From: a virus
Taxonomy: Duplodnaviria; Caudoviricetes
IMG/VR virus record: IMGVR_UViG_2588253904_000003
Coordinates: 12,061-76,060 of that record
Direction: 5' to 3' (one strand)
Length of the DNA: 64,000 bases
Shown: positions 32,084 to 41,158 of the stretch, one piece after another
How positions within the stretch are numbered: the stretch's first letter is position 1
How the letters are laid out: every line of letters begins with the position of its first letter
Position numbers and translations under genes: made by a program
The notes under the pieces: generated by a model
The model's input: the letters and a program-made list of their open reading frames with translations, nothing else
Told to the model about the DNA's origin: nothing
Databases searched by the model: none

Positions 32084-32554
32084 CTATTCAATGGCCGCCT
32101 CCCTTCTTGGATCCATGAAGCGCTCCCTCTGCTCCCTGAGGAGCTTTTGCATTTTCTCCTCAAACCTATGGCCCAATACCTTGCAATCAGGAGAGGCGCT
32201 GAAGGAAATGCTCAGGCCTCCATGCTCAGGATCGCCGGTGTCAAAATTGATTAAATACCCACATTCCTCCTTATCATATTCCACAGTACCAGTGAGCCAC
32301 CGCCTGCCATCCTCCCAATCCCGCACCTTTACCACATCACCCTCATAGATCTCATGGCCTTCCATATCCTTCCGGCCAATTTGAAACATGATACAGCCGG
32401 GCCCCATTCGGATCATGCCCTCCCATCTCATATTCCTCAGATCAATTCCGAACACTACCCCATCCCGGTTCAGCAGATAACGGAAAGTATTCTCTGTTAC
32501 GTCCTCCGGCATGAGCATTTTGCCATCCTGCCATATTCTGAATTTATGCCCCAT
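32084..32554 (-). CDS. YopX-family protein
   Basis: 'KFRIW...G.KD..G.EIYEGDVV'. Confidence 0.8.
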   Translation of the reverse strand: MGHKFRIWQDGKMLMPEDVTENTFRYLLNRDGVVFGIDLRNMRWEGMIRMGPGCIMFQIGRKDMEGHEIYEGDVVKVRDWEDGRRWLTGTVEYDKEECGYLINFDTGDPEHGGLSISFSASPDCKVLGHRFEEKMQKLLREQRERFMDPRREAAIE

Positions 32555-33332
32555 GTTGCCTCCTGCTGCCGGGCTTCAACTTTTCAGGCCATTCCTGGAT
32601 CAATGGCTCTCCCCACACATCTGATAGACTATCTTTCATAAATACCGGCTTTTTGTTTTCCCTGCATAACTTCACTATATCCTCTATCCACTCTCTTTCC
32701 GGTATGGCCTTCCCTTTTCTGTTTCCGGTTTCTGCTCCGATAATTACCCAATCAATTTGCCTAAAGAGTATATTGTGCTTTTCAGGCTGAAGATCTTCCA
32801 GTATTGGCTCCATGCTTACAAAAGTGTTAGCCCCTGCCGGTAAATTATTAAAAAGGTGTGCCTCACTTTCTTTTGTTATGCTTACTCCGTACCACATATT
32901 TTCACAGAGAGGTACATGGTATTGACAGTATCTCTTTACATTTTTGGTTAGAAATAAATAATTGTGTTGTGTGGCCCTCTCACATGCCTCAAATACTGCA
33001 TCTATCCACACATCCGGCACCCAATCCCCAAACAGATCCGCCATTGAGCACACAAATATATTGCGGCCTCTCTTCTTTTCATAATCACTCAGCCTTTTTA
33101 TGTGTAATGTTGGTGTGAATTTTTCCGGGTATGGATTAGACGTTTTATAGGCCACCTCCACACATAACTCACCATTCCGGCCCTTTACCGTCTTTATGTC
33201 CGATCCGTCAATTCTGAGAAAATCTCCAAATCTTGCGGCCATCCTTCTTGCATAACAATACTTGCAATCATGGTAACAACCTGTGACCGGGTTCCAGGTA
33301 CTTTCTGCCCATTCTATCCTTGTTTTTTCCAT
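32544..33332 (-). CDS. DUF5131 (gp37/gp68-like) protein
   Basis: 'IEW...TWNPVTGC...C.YCYA', 'SMADLF', 'WVIIGAETG'. Confidence 0.85.
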   Translation of the reverse strand: MEKTRIEWAESTWNPVTGCYHDCKYCYARRMAARFGDFLRIDGSDIKTVKGRNGELCVEVAYKTSNPYPEKFTPTLHIKRLSDYEKKRGRNIFVCSMADLFGDWVPDVWIDAVFEACERATQHNYLFLTKNVKRYCQYHVPLCENMWYGVSITKESEAHLFNNLPAGANTFVSMEPILEDLQPEKHNILFRQIDWVIIGAETGNRKGKAIPEREWIEDIVKLCRENKKPVFMKDSLSDVWGEPLIQEWPEKLKPGSRRQHGA

Positions 33333-33341
33333 TTCTGCCTC

Positions 33342-34085
33342 CTATCTGTAAAAATTGTGATTGCCTACTGTCTTTATGTATTCCAAATTTTCAGAGTGCT
33401 AGGTGTTCTCCCCATTGTATACAGCTTCAAAATATAGGGCCCCTTCACTTTCATCCCATTTATCAATGAGCACCATATCCAGGGCGGCCCAACACTCTGC
33501 ATTAGGCTCCACCCGGTCAAACCGGCCATTTTCTACCGGTGTAAACTGCCCATCCTCAAAAATTACCTCCTCTATGGTATCCGGGAAGGCGCTGCTTTCT
33601 TCTCTATTCAGCACCACCCGGATCACCATTGCCTTCCCTTCTATGCACTCACCCTCTGCTTCAGCCATTGCAAGGCGGGCCAAAAGGTACTCATTGCGGG
33701 AATTTCCGGATCCTGATCGGGTTTCCTGAATAGGCTCCTGCTGTGCCCTCTCAGGCCCCGTGGCCTTATGAGGGAGCTCTCCGGCCTCCGTTTCCTGCTG
33801 AATCTCTTCCACTGGCACCTCCACCGGCTCCTCTGCTGCCATTATTTTGCATATTATGGCCGCCGCAATCAGAATGGCCGCAAATATTACTGCTGCCCTC
33901 CTGGCCGCTCTCAGCCTCTTCCTCCGGATCCTCCGCTTTTTCTTCGCATATGCTACACGCAAAGAATGGCTCCCGGCTTCCCTTAATGAAAAAGCCTTTG
34001 CATTTCCCGCTTGCGTCCTTCTCTGCCCTCTTGCATTTCTCTCCCAGGAGCGGCTCTCCCGGACTTGAATCGGGTAACTTTTCAT
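33342..34085 (-). pseudogene. Cell wall hydrolase (SleB/Hydrolase_2-like) with premature TAG at 33399-33401
   Basis: 'LARLAMAEAEGE...VVLNR...GQF'; frame continues ENT*HSENLEYIKTVGNHNFYR to the stop at 33342. Confidence 0.75.
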
Positions 34086-34312
34086 TGCAAATCCCCTCCA
34101 ATGCTTTCACTACTGCTGCCCCCTTCAAATTTTGTGAGCTCCATCTCCTGCTTCTCCTCATTAAACTGGATACTCAGGAAGGTTTTGCATTGCAGGCAGC
34201 GCCCGGCTCCCTGGTTGATCCCCATTTCCATGAATATACTTTTGCAGATCCACATCTCCCTCCCGCACTCCGGGCATATTCCTTTATACCTTGGCCTTTT
34301 GTCCTGCTCCAT
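34082..34312 (-). CDS. Zn-ribbon protein
   Basis: CPEC...CLQC. Confidence 0.55.
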   Translation of the reverse strand: MEQDKRPRYKGICPECGREMWICKSIFMEMGINQGAGRCLQCKTFLSIQFNEEKQEMELTKFEGGSSSESIGGDLQ

Positions 34313-34324
34313 TGTTTGCGCCTC

Positions 34325-34537
34325 TCAATCTATTTCTTTCTTATCAACTGTTAAAGTCGGGTTTACCAGTTTGATCCACTCTATTGGTATTTTCCCATTA
34401 TTTTCTCTCAGCAGATCATTGATCCCTTGTGCTGCTTCCTCTTTTGTCACATACTGCTCAAATGAAAATTCTATTCTTACCGCTTTAGACACATAATCAT
34501 CCAAAACTACCGGCACCGGATTTTTATATTTTCCCAA
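34325..34537 (-). CDS. Hypothetical phage protein
   Basis: RBS aggagg; TTG start. Confidence 0.5.
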   Translation of the reverse strand: MGKYKNPVPVVLDDYVSKAVRIEFSFEQYVTKEEAAQGINDLLRENNGKIPIEWIKLVNPTLTVDKKEID

Positions 34538-34576
34538 TTTTATTCCTCCTTAAAATTTGCTTGCTTATCCCCTTAT

Positions 34577-34606
34577 AATCCCACCGCCGCAAAAGGCGGC
34601 GGGATT
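34577..34606 (-). promoter_or_regulatory. DGR hairpin downstream of VR2
   Basis: aatccc-a-ccgcc / ggcgg-c-gggatt stem; shares 'ggcgggattgat' with the VR1 flank. Confidence 0.75.
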
Positions 34607-34614
34607 GATATTGA

Positions 34615-35238
34615 TTATTTTTTGATACTGAAGCAGACGGGCACCCGGAGAGCGTAGGAGCAACTGCTGCCGTTGGCAATGCCATCGTAGTTGACATTGC
34701 AGGCATGGGTAGAATGGCCCGCACACACAGACAGCAGCCACCAGTCGGCCCTCTCTCCATCCTTGTCAAATTTCACCCGGTTCCTGGAATCCTTGAAGAG
34801 CTCAAACTGCTGCCCCTCCTCCACTTCAGAGGCCCAACTATCGCCAAATACTTCAAATTCAGACGGGAGCCACAGCTTCAGCATGAAGCGCTCCTCTTTC
34901 CCTTCCACAATCTGAAGGCACTCCCTCTCACTGATCACCGCCTTCAGCTCCTCAGGCAGGATCTCCCACACTCCCTCATTCAGATACCGGCATAAATCCG
35001 ATTCTTTAAAGCCTCCGGTGTTTCTCCCGTTCCCATTCCACACCACACGCTCAGCCAGGAGATCCTTGCTTACAAATTTCACCTCTTCCTCTGTAATATC
35101 TGCCACCACATACACCATTTTCTGCCCGGTGAGCAGATTATCAGAGATTTCATCCCCTACTTTCAAAGAGCCTGCTGCTGCCAGTTCCTTCACCTTGGCC
35201 CAATTTGTTTCCTCTGTTCTTTTCCTTGTGATTTCCAT
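34615..35238 (-). CDS. DGR target 2: standalone CLec-type (DUF6273-like) protein in the early region
   Basis: ATG 35238 with aaggag RBS; 'LWLPSEFEVFG...WWLLS'; contains VR2. Confidence 0.9.
   Translation of the reverse strand: MEITRKRTEETNWAKVKELAAAGSLKVGDEISDNLLTGQKMVYVVADITEEEVKFVSKDLLAERVVWNGNGRNTGGFKESDLCRYLNEGVWEILPEELKAVISERECLQIVEGKEERFMLKLWLPSEFEVFGDSWASEVEEGQQFELFKDSRNRVKFDKDGERADWWLLSVCAGHSTHACNVNYDGIANGSSCSYALRVPVCFSIKK
34630..34751 (-). repeat. DGR variable repeat VR2
   Basis: 11 mismatches to TR over 122 bp, all at TR adenines. Confidence 0.95.
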
Positions 35239-35269
35239 ATGTTTCTTATCCTCCTTATATTTTCTCAGG

Positions 35270-35584
35270 CTATTGGCCGCCTGCTGCCTTCTGTAATTCT
35301 TCCAGGGTTTTCTCTGCTTCCTTATCCTCTGCCCCTGCTGCCACAAGCGCAATATGGATCGCCCTCAGCTTTGCCTCTCCAATCCCTTTTATTTTCCGTA
35401 TTTCTTCCAGTGCCGTGGGGAGATTGAAGGAAGAAGCCGCCTGCTGCCGCCCGGCCTCATATCCTGCTGTATATCCCCGCTCATAATATCCGGCAATATG
35501 GCTCTCCATGGTGCTGTGATCCATTTTCCGGATCCGGTCAAATTCTTTCCGGTTTACCTCAACCGCCTTTTTCTTCTTGGCCAT
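35270..35584 (-). CDS. Hypothetical protein with HhH motif
   Basis: 'IKGIGEAK'. Confidence 0.6.
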   Translation of the reverse strand: MAKKKKAVEVNRKEFDRIRKMDHSTMESHIAGYYERGYTAGYEAGRQQAASSFNLPTALEEIRKIKGIGEAKLRAIHIALVAAGAEDKEAEKTLEELQKAAGGQ

Positions 35585-35596
35585 CCCGCTGCCCTC

Positions 35597-36979
35597 CTAT
35601 GCAAATTTGATCTGCTCTTCGCTACAATCGATCCTCATGTGTGGTATCCGCTCCCCTATTTTCAAGTATCCGCAGTTTGCTTCTACCAATTTCTGAGCCA
35701 TAATTGGCACCACACTATTTCCGATTCTCGCCACCTGCTCCTTCACCGGATACCGCTTGAAATTTATATCACGGTCAATTATGTAATCAGGTGGGAAGCC
35801 CTGCATGATCTTCAGCTCCTCCGGCTTCAGCATTCTCAAAAATATATCATTCAGAACATACTTCTCACCGTTCAGCTCCACAATGGCGCTCACCAGGCCA
35901 AAACGATCCTTTGTCGTAATCGTTCCCAATGGGTTGCTCAATGTCTGCCCGCACCCGGCCCCGTAATATTTGATCAAAAATGCAGTTATCAGGCCAAAAT
36001 GCCCCGGTGAGGTTGTGATTGTGTGAAGCGGCTCATTGCACCCCTGCCCGATCCCTGATTTATAGAATTTTGTTACAAAGGCCGTTACTAGGCCATACCG
36101 GTTGCTTGTGTCAATGGTTTTTATGGGCTCTTTGAGTGTCTGCCCCCTTGCATCCCCTTCTTTCTGCTCCCCGTGATACTGAATCAGAAAAGCATAGGCT
36201 TCACTGTTTTTCACTTCATAGGGATGCGGATTATTCACCACATACTTCAGAAAACCATTGGCAATCCGCTTCATTGTGGCCTCTGCAAGCGGCTTTTTCC
36301 GGTCAAATATGCTTTTTCCCAAATCCGACCAATCAATATATTTCCCGCATTCCTCCCAGGGCTTCAAGCCGCCTGCTGCCCCTTTTGCATGTGTGGGCTC
36401 CGGCCAAATTATTTCCCGGCCATCCCTCCTGAAAATTGCATACCATCGCCGCCTCGTTGTGGGGGCTCCATAATCTGCCGCCACCAGTTCCCTACTGTCA
36501 AACTGATAGCCTAACCCTTTCATGGCATTTATAAACTTTTGATAGTCCTCACCTTCCCGCTCCTTTATCGGGCGGCCATTGTCATCCAGTGGCCCCCATT
36601 TCTGAATCTCTTCCACATTCTCCATAATAACCACATCCGGCCTGATTGCTTTTGCATGTTTATATACTGCCCATGGCAGAATCCTCAGCCCCTTTTTTCG
36701 TGGTTGTGATCCCTTTGCTTTGCTGTGACTTGTGCAGTCAGGGCTTGCCCACATAAGGGAAACATGCCGGCCATTTACATACTTTTTCAGATTTACCTCA
36801 AAAATATCCTCTGTCAGGTGTGTGGTGGTGGGATGGTTTACTGTGTGCATTCTGATCGCCTCCGGATCGTGATTGATTGCTATATCCACAGTTCTCCCTA
36901 ATGCCATTTCAATTCCCACGCTTGCACCGCCACCGCCTGCAAATGCGTCAACTAACAGATCTCTCATTCTTCTCACCAT
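35597..36979 (-). CDS. C5 cytosine DNA methyltransferase
   Basis: FAGGGG, SPDC, ENV, RRRW, IGNSV motifs. Confidence 0.92.
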   Translation of the reverse strand: MVRRMRDLLVDAFAGGGGASVGIEMALGRTVDIAINHDPEAIRMHTVNHPTTTHLTEDIFEVNLKKYVNGRHVSLMWASPDCTSHSKAKGSQPRKKGLRILPWAVYKHAKAIRPDVVIMENVEEIQKWGPLDDNGRPIKEREGEDYQKFINAMKGLGYQFDSRELVAADYGAPTTRRRWYAIFRRDGREIIWPEPTHAKGAAGGLKPWEECGKYIDWSDLGKSIFDRKKPLAEATMKRIANGFLKYVVNNPHPYEVKNSEAYAFLIQYHGEQKEGDARGQTLKEPIKTIDTSNRYGLVTAFVTKFYKSGIGQGCNEPLHTITTSPGHFGLITAFLIKYYGAGCGQTLSNPLGTITTKDRFGLVSAIVELNGEKYVLNDIFLRMLKPEELKIMQGFPPDYIIDRDINFKRYPVKEQVARIGNSVVPIMAQKLVEANCGYLKIGERIPHMRIDCSEEQIKFA

Positions 36980-37532
36980 CTAATTTTCCGACTTCATTCC
37001 CCCAACAATCCCAACCGCTGATATTTTGCCGGGCAAAAAGCTCTATGTAATTCAGATCATCACCCATGAGCTCCTTGATCTTCTTTCGCACAATTCCCGG
37101 CTTTTGGGAATGCTCTTTTATAGTTGCCTCTATAATCTGGCTTACACTATTGCTCTTTCTGCTTGGCTTCCCCCTTACACCAATAAAGCAGGCCTCTGTG
37201 TTCCCTCTAGTCCACCGGCCCAAACCGAAAAACTTTTGCCCGTTTTTCTTATTCAGTTTTATCCACTGAAAACCTATGGTTTTATACTTGAATCCCCATG
37301 CCTCCATGAGCTCAATGCCTTCCTTCAGCATTGGGTATGTGATCCACATGAAAATTACACAATCCTTTGCCGCCAATTCCTTCACGGGAAGATCCTTTAT
37401 ATCCTGAATTTTCATGGTGTCATAATGGAGAGCACATGCTCCATTGCATTTTCTATCCTGGTATCTCCACGGCGGATCTGCATAAATCACATCATACTTT
37501 TTCGCCGGGGAGAAAATATCTATTTCAGCCAT
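36948..37532 (-). CDS. MT-A70 family adenine methyltransferase
   Basis: DPPW, HSQKP, IELFAR. Confidence 0.9.
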   Translation of the reverse strand: MAEIDIFSPAKKYDVIYADPPWRYQDRKCNGACALHYDTMKIQDIKDLPVKELAAKDCVIFMWITYPMLKEGIELMEAWGFKYKTIGFQWIKLNKKNGQKFFGLGRWTRGNTEACFIGVRGKPSRKSNSVSQIIEATIKEHSQKPGIVRKKIKELMGDDLNYIELFARQNISGWDCWGNEVGKLDGEKNERSVS

Positions 37533-37542
37533 GCCTTTCCTC

Positions 37543-37815
37543 CTATCTGAGCCAGGTTTCAGCAATCACCGGATCCTCTCCCTCTGTCCGGGTGAGCCGT
37601 GTTGTGAATCCTGCTGCCCTTATATCTTTTCTTATTTCCTGAAGCGTTTCCCTCTTAATGAGCGTATTTGTGGGCAGATTCCTGGCCCCTTCCCACACCC
37701 TGGCCACATAGGCATCCGGGTAGTCTTTGGGATTTTTATACACCGTTATCACTGGAAAACTCAGATCCGAAAAATCCACCTGCCTCAGGCTCTCCATGAG
37801 CTTCTCCTGCTGCAT
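37543..37815 (-). CDS. Hypothetical phage protein
   Basis: 'P.DYPD.YVAR...D.VI.ETW' pattern. Confidence 0.6.
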   Translation of the reverse strand: MQQEKLMESLRQVDFSDLSFPVITVYKNPKDYPDAYVARVWEGARNLPTNTLIKRETLQEIRKDIRAAGFTTRLTRTEGEDPVIAETWLR

Positions 37816-38158
37816 CCTCTTCCTCCTCTAAATAGTTCTTTTCAAATTCCTGCATCCATTTCTCATGCCCATACTTGGCTTCAAAAGCCCTCTGTGCAAT
37901 CTGCTTCAGCTTCCGATCCACCTCTGCATTATTGTGGGGAGCCTCCGGCCCATACTCATGGTGACGCTCAGCGCACATATAACCCCACAGCCCATAATGC
38001 TCTGCTTTCTTCCTGAAGGCACCAAACCGGCCATATATAAAATGGTGCTTATGCAGGCCGGTGTGCTTCAGCTCTCCATAATATCCACGCTTTTCAGCTT
38101 CCTCCCTGCACAAATAGCACTCCCTGATCCGGGTGTCCTGAATGATACTCTTAGCCAT
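37736..38158 (-). CDS. HNH-like phage protein
   Basis: CYLC...HKHH...C..HH. Confidence 0.65.
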   Translation of the reverse strand: MAKSIIQDTRIRECYLCREEAEKRGYYGELKHTGLHKHHFIYGRFGAFRKKAEHYGLWGYMCAERHHEYGPEAPHNNAEVDRKLKQIAQRAFEAKYGHEKWMQEFEKNYLEEEEDAAGEAHGEPEAGGFFGSEFSSDNGV

Positions 38159-38666
38159 TGAGCACCTCCCTGAGTTCCTTCACAATCTCCTCCTCCGCAT
38201 AGGCCGCCTGATCTTCTGAATAAATCACCGCCATATTTGCTATGGTGATAGGAATGCCCCACTCCTTGGCCTTCAGGAGCTCTCCTTTCATTCCCTCTGA
38301 AATGTTGGTGAAGATCCTCAGCTCCCCGCAATCCTTCAGGAGCTCCAATCCAATCCTCATGCCTGCTGCCCGCTGTGATTTCACATCATCATTGAGCACC
38401 TGGGCATAGAACAAATGAGGGCAAATGGGGATCTTTCCCTCTTCAATCACTGTCATGCAAAAGAATTTTGCAAGCTCCAAATTTGTGGCCTTATCTCCCC
38501 TGCTGCCATATTGTGAGCATATATAAACCCTCTCCATGCTCTCCTCTTTTTCCAGTTCCCTGAGCTTCTCCTCTGCCTCATGGTTGCTCATGCTGTACTT
38601 GGGCCCTCTCAGCCTCAGCAGCTCCTCAGCCGCCTGCCCTGCTGCCCTCATGGTTTTCTCTGTCAT
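38151..38666 (-). CDS. DUF4406/nucleoside deoxyribosyltransferase-like protein
   Basis: 'VYICS.Y...PICPHL...SEGM..E'. Confidence 0.65.
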   Translation of the reverse strand: MTEKTMRAAGQAAEELLRLRGPKYSMSNHEAEEKLRELEKEESMERVYICSQYGSRGDKATNLELAKFFCMTVIEEGKIPICPHLFYAQVLNDDVKSQRAAGMRIGLELLKDCGELRIFTNISEGMKGELLKAKEWGIPITIANMAVIYSEDQAAYAEEEIVKELREVLNG

Positions 38667-38680
38667 TGCTTCTCTCCTTC

Positions 38681-38941
38681 CTACCAACACGGCCTCACCG
38701 TGTAGGGATCCATAAAATCCAATTCATCCGGATCGGCATATGCTATTTGCACCCGGATTCCTGCCCGCACACATTCCACAATGGAATGTACCTCTGTAAT
38801 GCTCCGGTAATTGTCAGCAATGGCCTCCATCACCGCATCGGCCACCTTCTCTGCTGCCTCCGTTACCTTCTCCCGCTCTCCTTCCATATTGGCCAGTACC
38901 GCCTCCATGGTTCTCCTTCTTACTTCTCTGTATTCTTCCAA
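38681..38941 (-). CDS. Hypothetical phage protein
   Basis: Operon context. Confidence 0.5.
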   Translation of the reverse strand: MEEYREVRRRTMEAVLANMEGEREKVTEAAEKVADAVMEAIADNYRSITEVHSIVECVRAGIRVQIAYADPDELDFMDPYTVRPCW

Positions 38942-39396
38942 CTCTCCAACTCCTTCCTGAGTTCTGATTGCATTACATTCTCATATTCGTGGTGATCGTC
39001 TTTCAGGGTGTAGGTGTGGCCCTTCCCCTTTTCAATCAGCATTTTCCACAGCTCAGCATTCTTCACCGGCTTCCCCTTTGCATTGATCCACCCGCTCTCC
39101 TGCCATTCCTTTGGCCACTCCTGCTGCATGGAGATCAAAATGTGGCTGCACTTGGTAAATACTAGGGCTCTGCATGGTTTTTTCAGAATGTAAAAGGCAT
39201 TGATCATAGCCATAAGGTTCCCCTGGGTTTCTGTACCCTCTTTCACATGCACAAATCCCTGCCGGGTATCCAGGCGATCTCCTCTTTTGCATTCCACCAA
39301 CCACATGGCCACCCCATCCCTCCTGGCCGGGCCTCTCCATGTGCTCTCAATGAATATGCTCACCTCATGCATCCCCTGAATCACCTCCTGGATCAA
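38920..39396 (-). CDS. RNase H-like protein
   Basis: 'W...W...GW..AKGKPVKNAELW'. Confidence 0.75.
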   Translation of the reverse strand: MIQEVIQGMHEVSIFIESTWRGPARRDGVAMWLVECKRGDRLDTRQGFVHVKEGTETQGNLMAMINAFYILKKPCRALVFTKCSHILISMQQEWPKEWQESGWINAKGKPVKNAELWKMLIEKGKGHTYTLKDDHHEYENVMQSELRKELESWKNTEK

Positions 39397-40147
39397 TCTT
39401 TCGCATGGTGTAGTGCTGATATGGGAGCCCCGTCACCGGGTTTTCACCATTCACAAGAGAATCCTTCACAATGTACCAACCTTTTTCCGGCTTTGGCTCC
39501 TTCCTCCACCTCCTGCTGTGAATCACTTCCTTTTGCGGCTGAGGTATGATCAGATTCCTACTCCTGGAATATGAGCAGCCCTCCTCCTCTTCCTTGCTTT
39601 CTTTTTTCACTATGTACTCAGCAAGATCCTCAAACTCCCCATCCTCATACAGCGGGTGGAAACTCTTGGATCCATATTGCCAAAACTTCAGCACCAGTTT
39701 TTTGGTGTTCAAATTCTGATCCGCTATATCCTCAATGATCAGGTGGTGGTGACATGCTCCTTGCTTCCCTCTCTCCGTGACAGCTATCCACTTGAAGGGG
39801 ATCCCCGCCTTCTTGTATACCTTCCTCATATCAGACAAGAATTTTCTCAGTTGCTTCTTTGCCTCCTTAAAGGAGCCCGGCCTCTGCTCTTTCTTATAGC
39901 TCAGAATTAAATGCCAATCACCCTCATGGAAATTGGCCAGGATCAACCTCTGCACCTTTTTCTCTCTGTTCGTCTTATTCTGCCGATCTATGTCCTCAGG
40001 TGTCCTCTTTCTTTTTGGCCCCCTCTTCACTCCTGGGGCCCCATAATTACCCGGATAGTATTTTGCAATCTGCTTCACCCATCCCAGGTCATATATTTTT
40101 TTCCAGTACAAACCGTATATCACCCCCATCTTTAATATCTTGATCAA
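39365..40147 (-). CDS. HUH-type rolling-circle replication initiator-like protein
   Basis: 'HLILSY', HUH 'HHHLII', 'LAEYIVK'; start uncertain. Confidence 0.7.
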   Translation of the reverse strand: MIKILKMGVIYGLYWKKIYDLGWVKQIAKYYPGNYGAPGVKRGPKRKRTPEDIDRQNKTNREKKVQRLILANFHEGDWHLILSYKKEQRPGSFKEAKKQLRKFLSDMRKVYKKAGIPFKWIAVTERGKQGACHHHLIIEDIADQNLNTKKLVLKFWQYGSKSFHPLYEDGEFEDLAEYIVKKESKEEEEGCSYSRSRNLIIPQPQKEVIHSRRWRKEPKPEKGWYIVKDSLVNGENPVTGLPYQHYTMRKIDPGGDSGDA

Positions 40148-40191
40148 GTGTTTAACAAGGCCGAAAAGCCTTGATTTTAGCGCCTTTTCAC

Positions 40192-40290
40192 TTGACTTGG
40201 ATGCCCAAAAGTGATATACTGTTTTTAGGTGTAGTATGTCCTTAGGGCATATGTCGGGAGCAGATTTCTCAGATCTGCTCCCATTTTTTT
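40192..40290 (+). ncRNA. Putative antisense RNA (promoter + terminator) upstream of phage rep
   Basis: TTGACT-N17-TATACT at 40192-40220; 10-bp stem 40256-40282 followed by a T run. Confidence 0.6.
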
Positions 40291-40301
40291 ATGTAAACCA
40301 T

Positions 40302-40460
40302 TTACATCACCGCCACCTTCCTGGCAGGCATGGCCGGATCCGGATGGTTCTCCTTCTCCTGGCTCTCCACCCTTTTCCGGGCCACCTGGATGCAGGCTTT
40401 GGTGAAGCGTTCCTCATACCCTTCTGAGAGGGTGATCTTCACCTTTACCTCCCGCCTCAT
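40302..40460 (-). CDS. Small phage protein (52 aa)
   Basis: MRREVKVKITLSEGYEERFTKAC...; ATGA overlap with upstream ORF. Confidence 0.55.
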   Translation of the reverse strand: MRREVKVKITLSEGYEERFTKACIQVARKRVESQEKENHPDPAMPARKVAVM

Positions 40461-40621
40461 GCCATGGCCACCTCCTTCTCTGCTTCTTTTGCAAGCTGAA
40501 TACCAATGATAATGCTTTTAACATGTTGCCTCTCATTGGGTGACAGCATTCCATAAAGCTCTGCAAATTCCTTTGCATCGTCCATCTCGGTTCTCTGAAT
40601 CGGTTTCTCTTTCACTTTCAT
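40457..40621 (-). CDS. Small phage protein (54 aa)
   Basis: MKVKEKPIQRTEMDDAKEFAELY...; RBS ggagg. Confidence 0.55.
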   Translation of the reverse strand: MKVKEKPIQRTEMDDAKEFAELYGMLSPNERQHVKSIIIGIQLAKEAEKEVAMA

Positions 40622-40633
40622 GCCTTTTCCCTC

Positions 40634-41158
40634 CTATCTGCTCTCTAATAATGGTGTAAAGCTCTTTTCCTGAAGGCCTGCCATCATGGCCCACATTCTC
40701 TCTAATCGCTCCATTTCTTCCAGTGTTGGAAGCTCAGCCTCCTCTCCTGAATCCCCAAAAAGCCGGTGCTTTTGTATGAATGCCTCAAAGAGGAGCTCCT
40801 GCTCTTCCTTCAGCAAATCCCGGTAAAACTCAAATTCGATCCGGATCTGTATCTCCTGGGCTTTTGTGCATTCCACAATGAGAATACTCCTGGAGCCCTG
40901 CCCATGCCTCCGGTGGTACTGCCCTTCTTTGTCATTCCTGGCCCGGTATACAATTTGAGAGAGCAACCGCCGCTCAAACTCTCCCCGGTATTTGATTTCA
41001 TACCGGCTCACCCGATCCTCTTCAAGCTCCAACTGATCCACCCCATACTTTGCCATGAGTTGCTTCAGTTTCCTCTCTGCTCCTTCCCTCTCTCCTCCCA
41101 CACCACGCTCTGCAAGGGCCTTCAGCTTTTGCAGGAGAGCCTTTTGCTTCTCATTCAA
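40634..41158 (-). CDS. DUF2786-like protein
   Basis: 'KLKALAERGVGGE...A...L..LMAKYG'. Confidence 0.6.
   Translation of the reverse strand: MNEKQKALLQKLKALAERGVGGEREGAERKLKQLMAKYGVDQLELEEDRVSRYEIKYRGEFERRLLSQIVYRARNDKEGQYHRRHGQGSRSILIVECTKAQEIQIRIEFEFYRDLLKEEQELLFEAFIQKHRLFGDSGEEAELPTLEEMERLERMWAMMAGLQEKSFTPLLESR

Noticed and set aside
9358-33401. Stop-codon reassignment explaining the two internal stops
   Set aside because: The two stops are different codons (TGA and TAG), and both codons terminate other phage genes normally.
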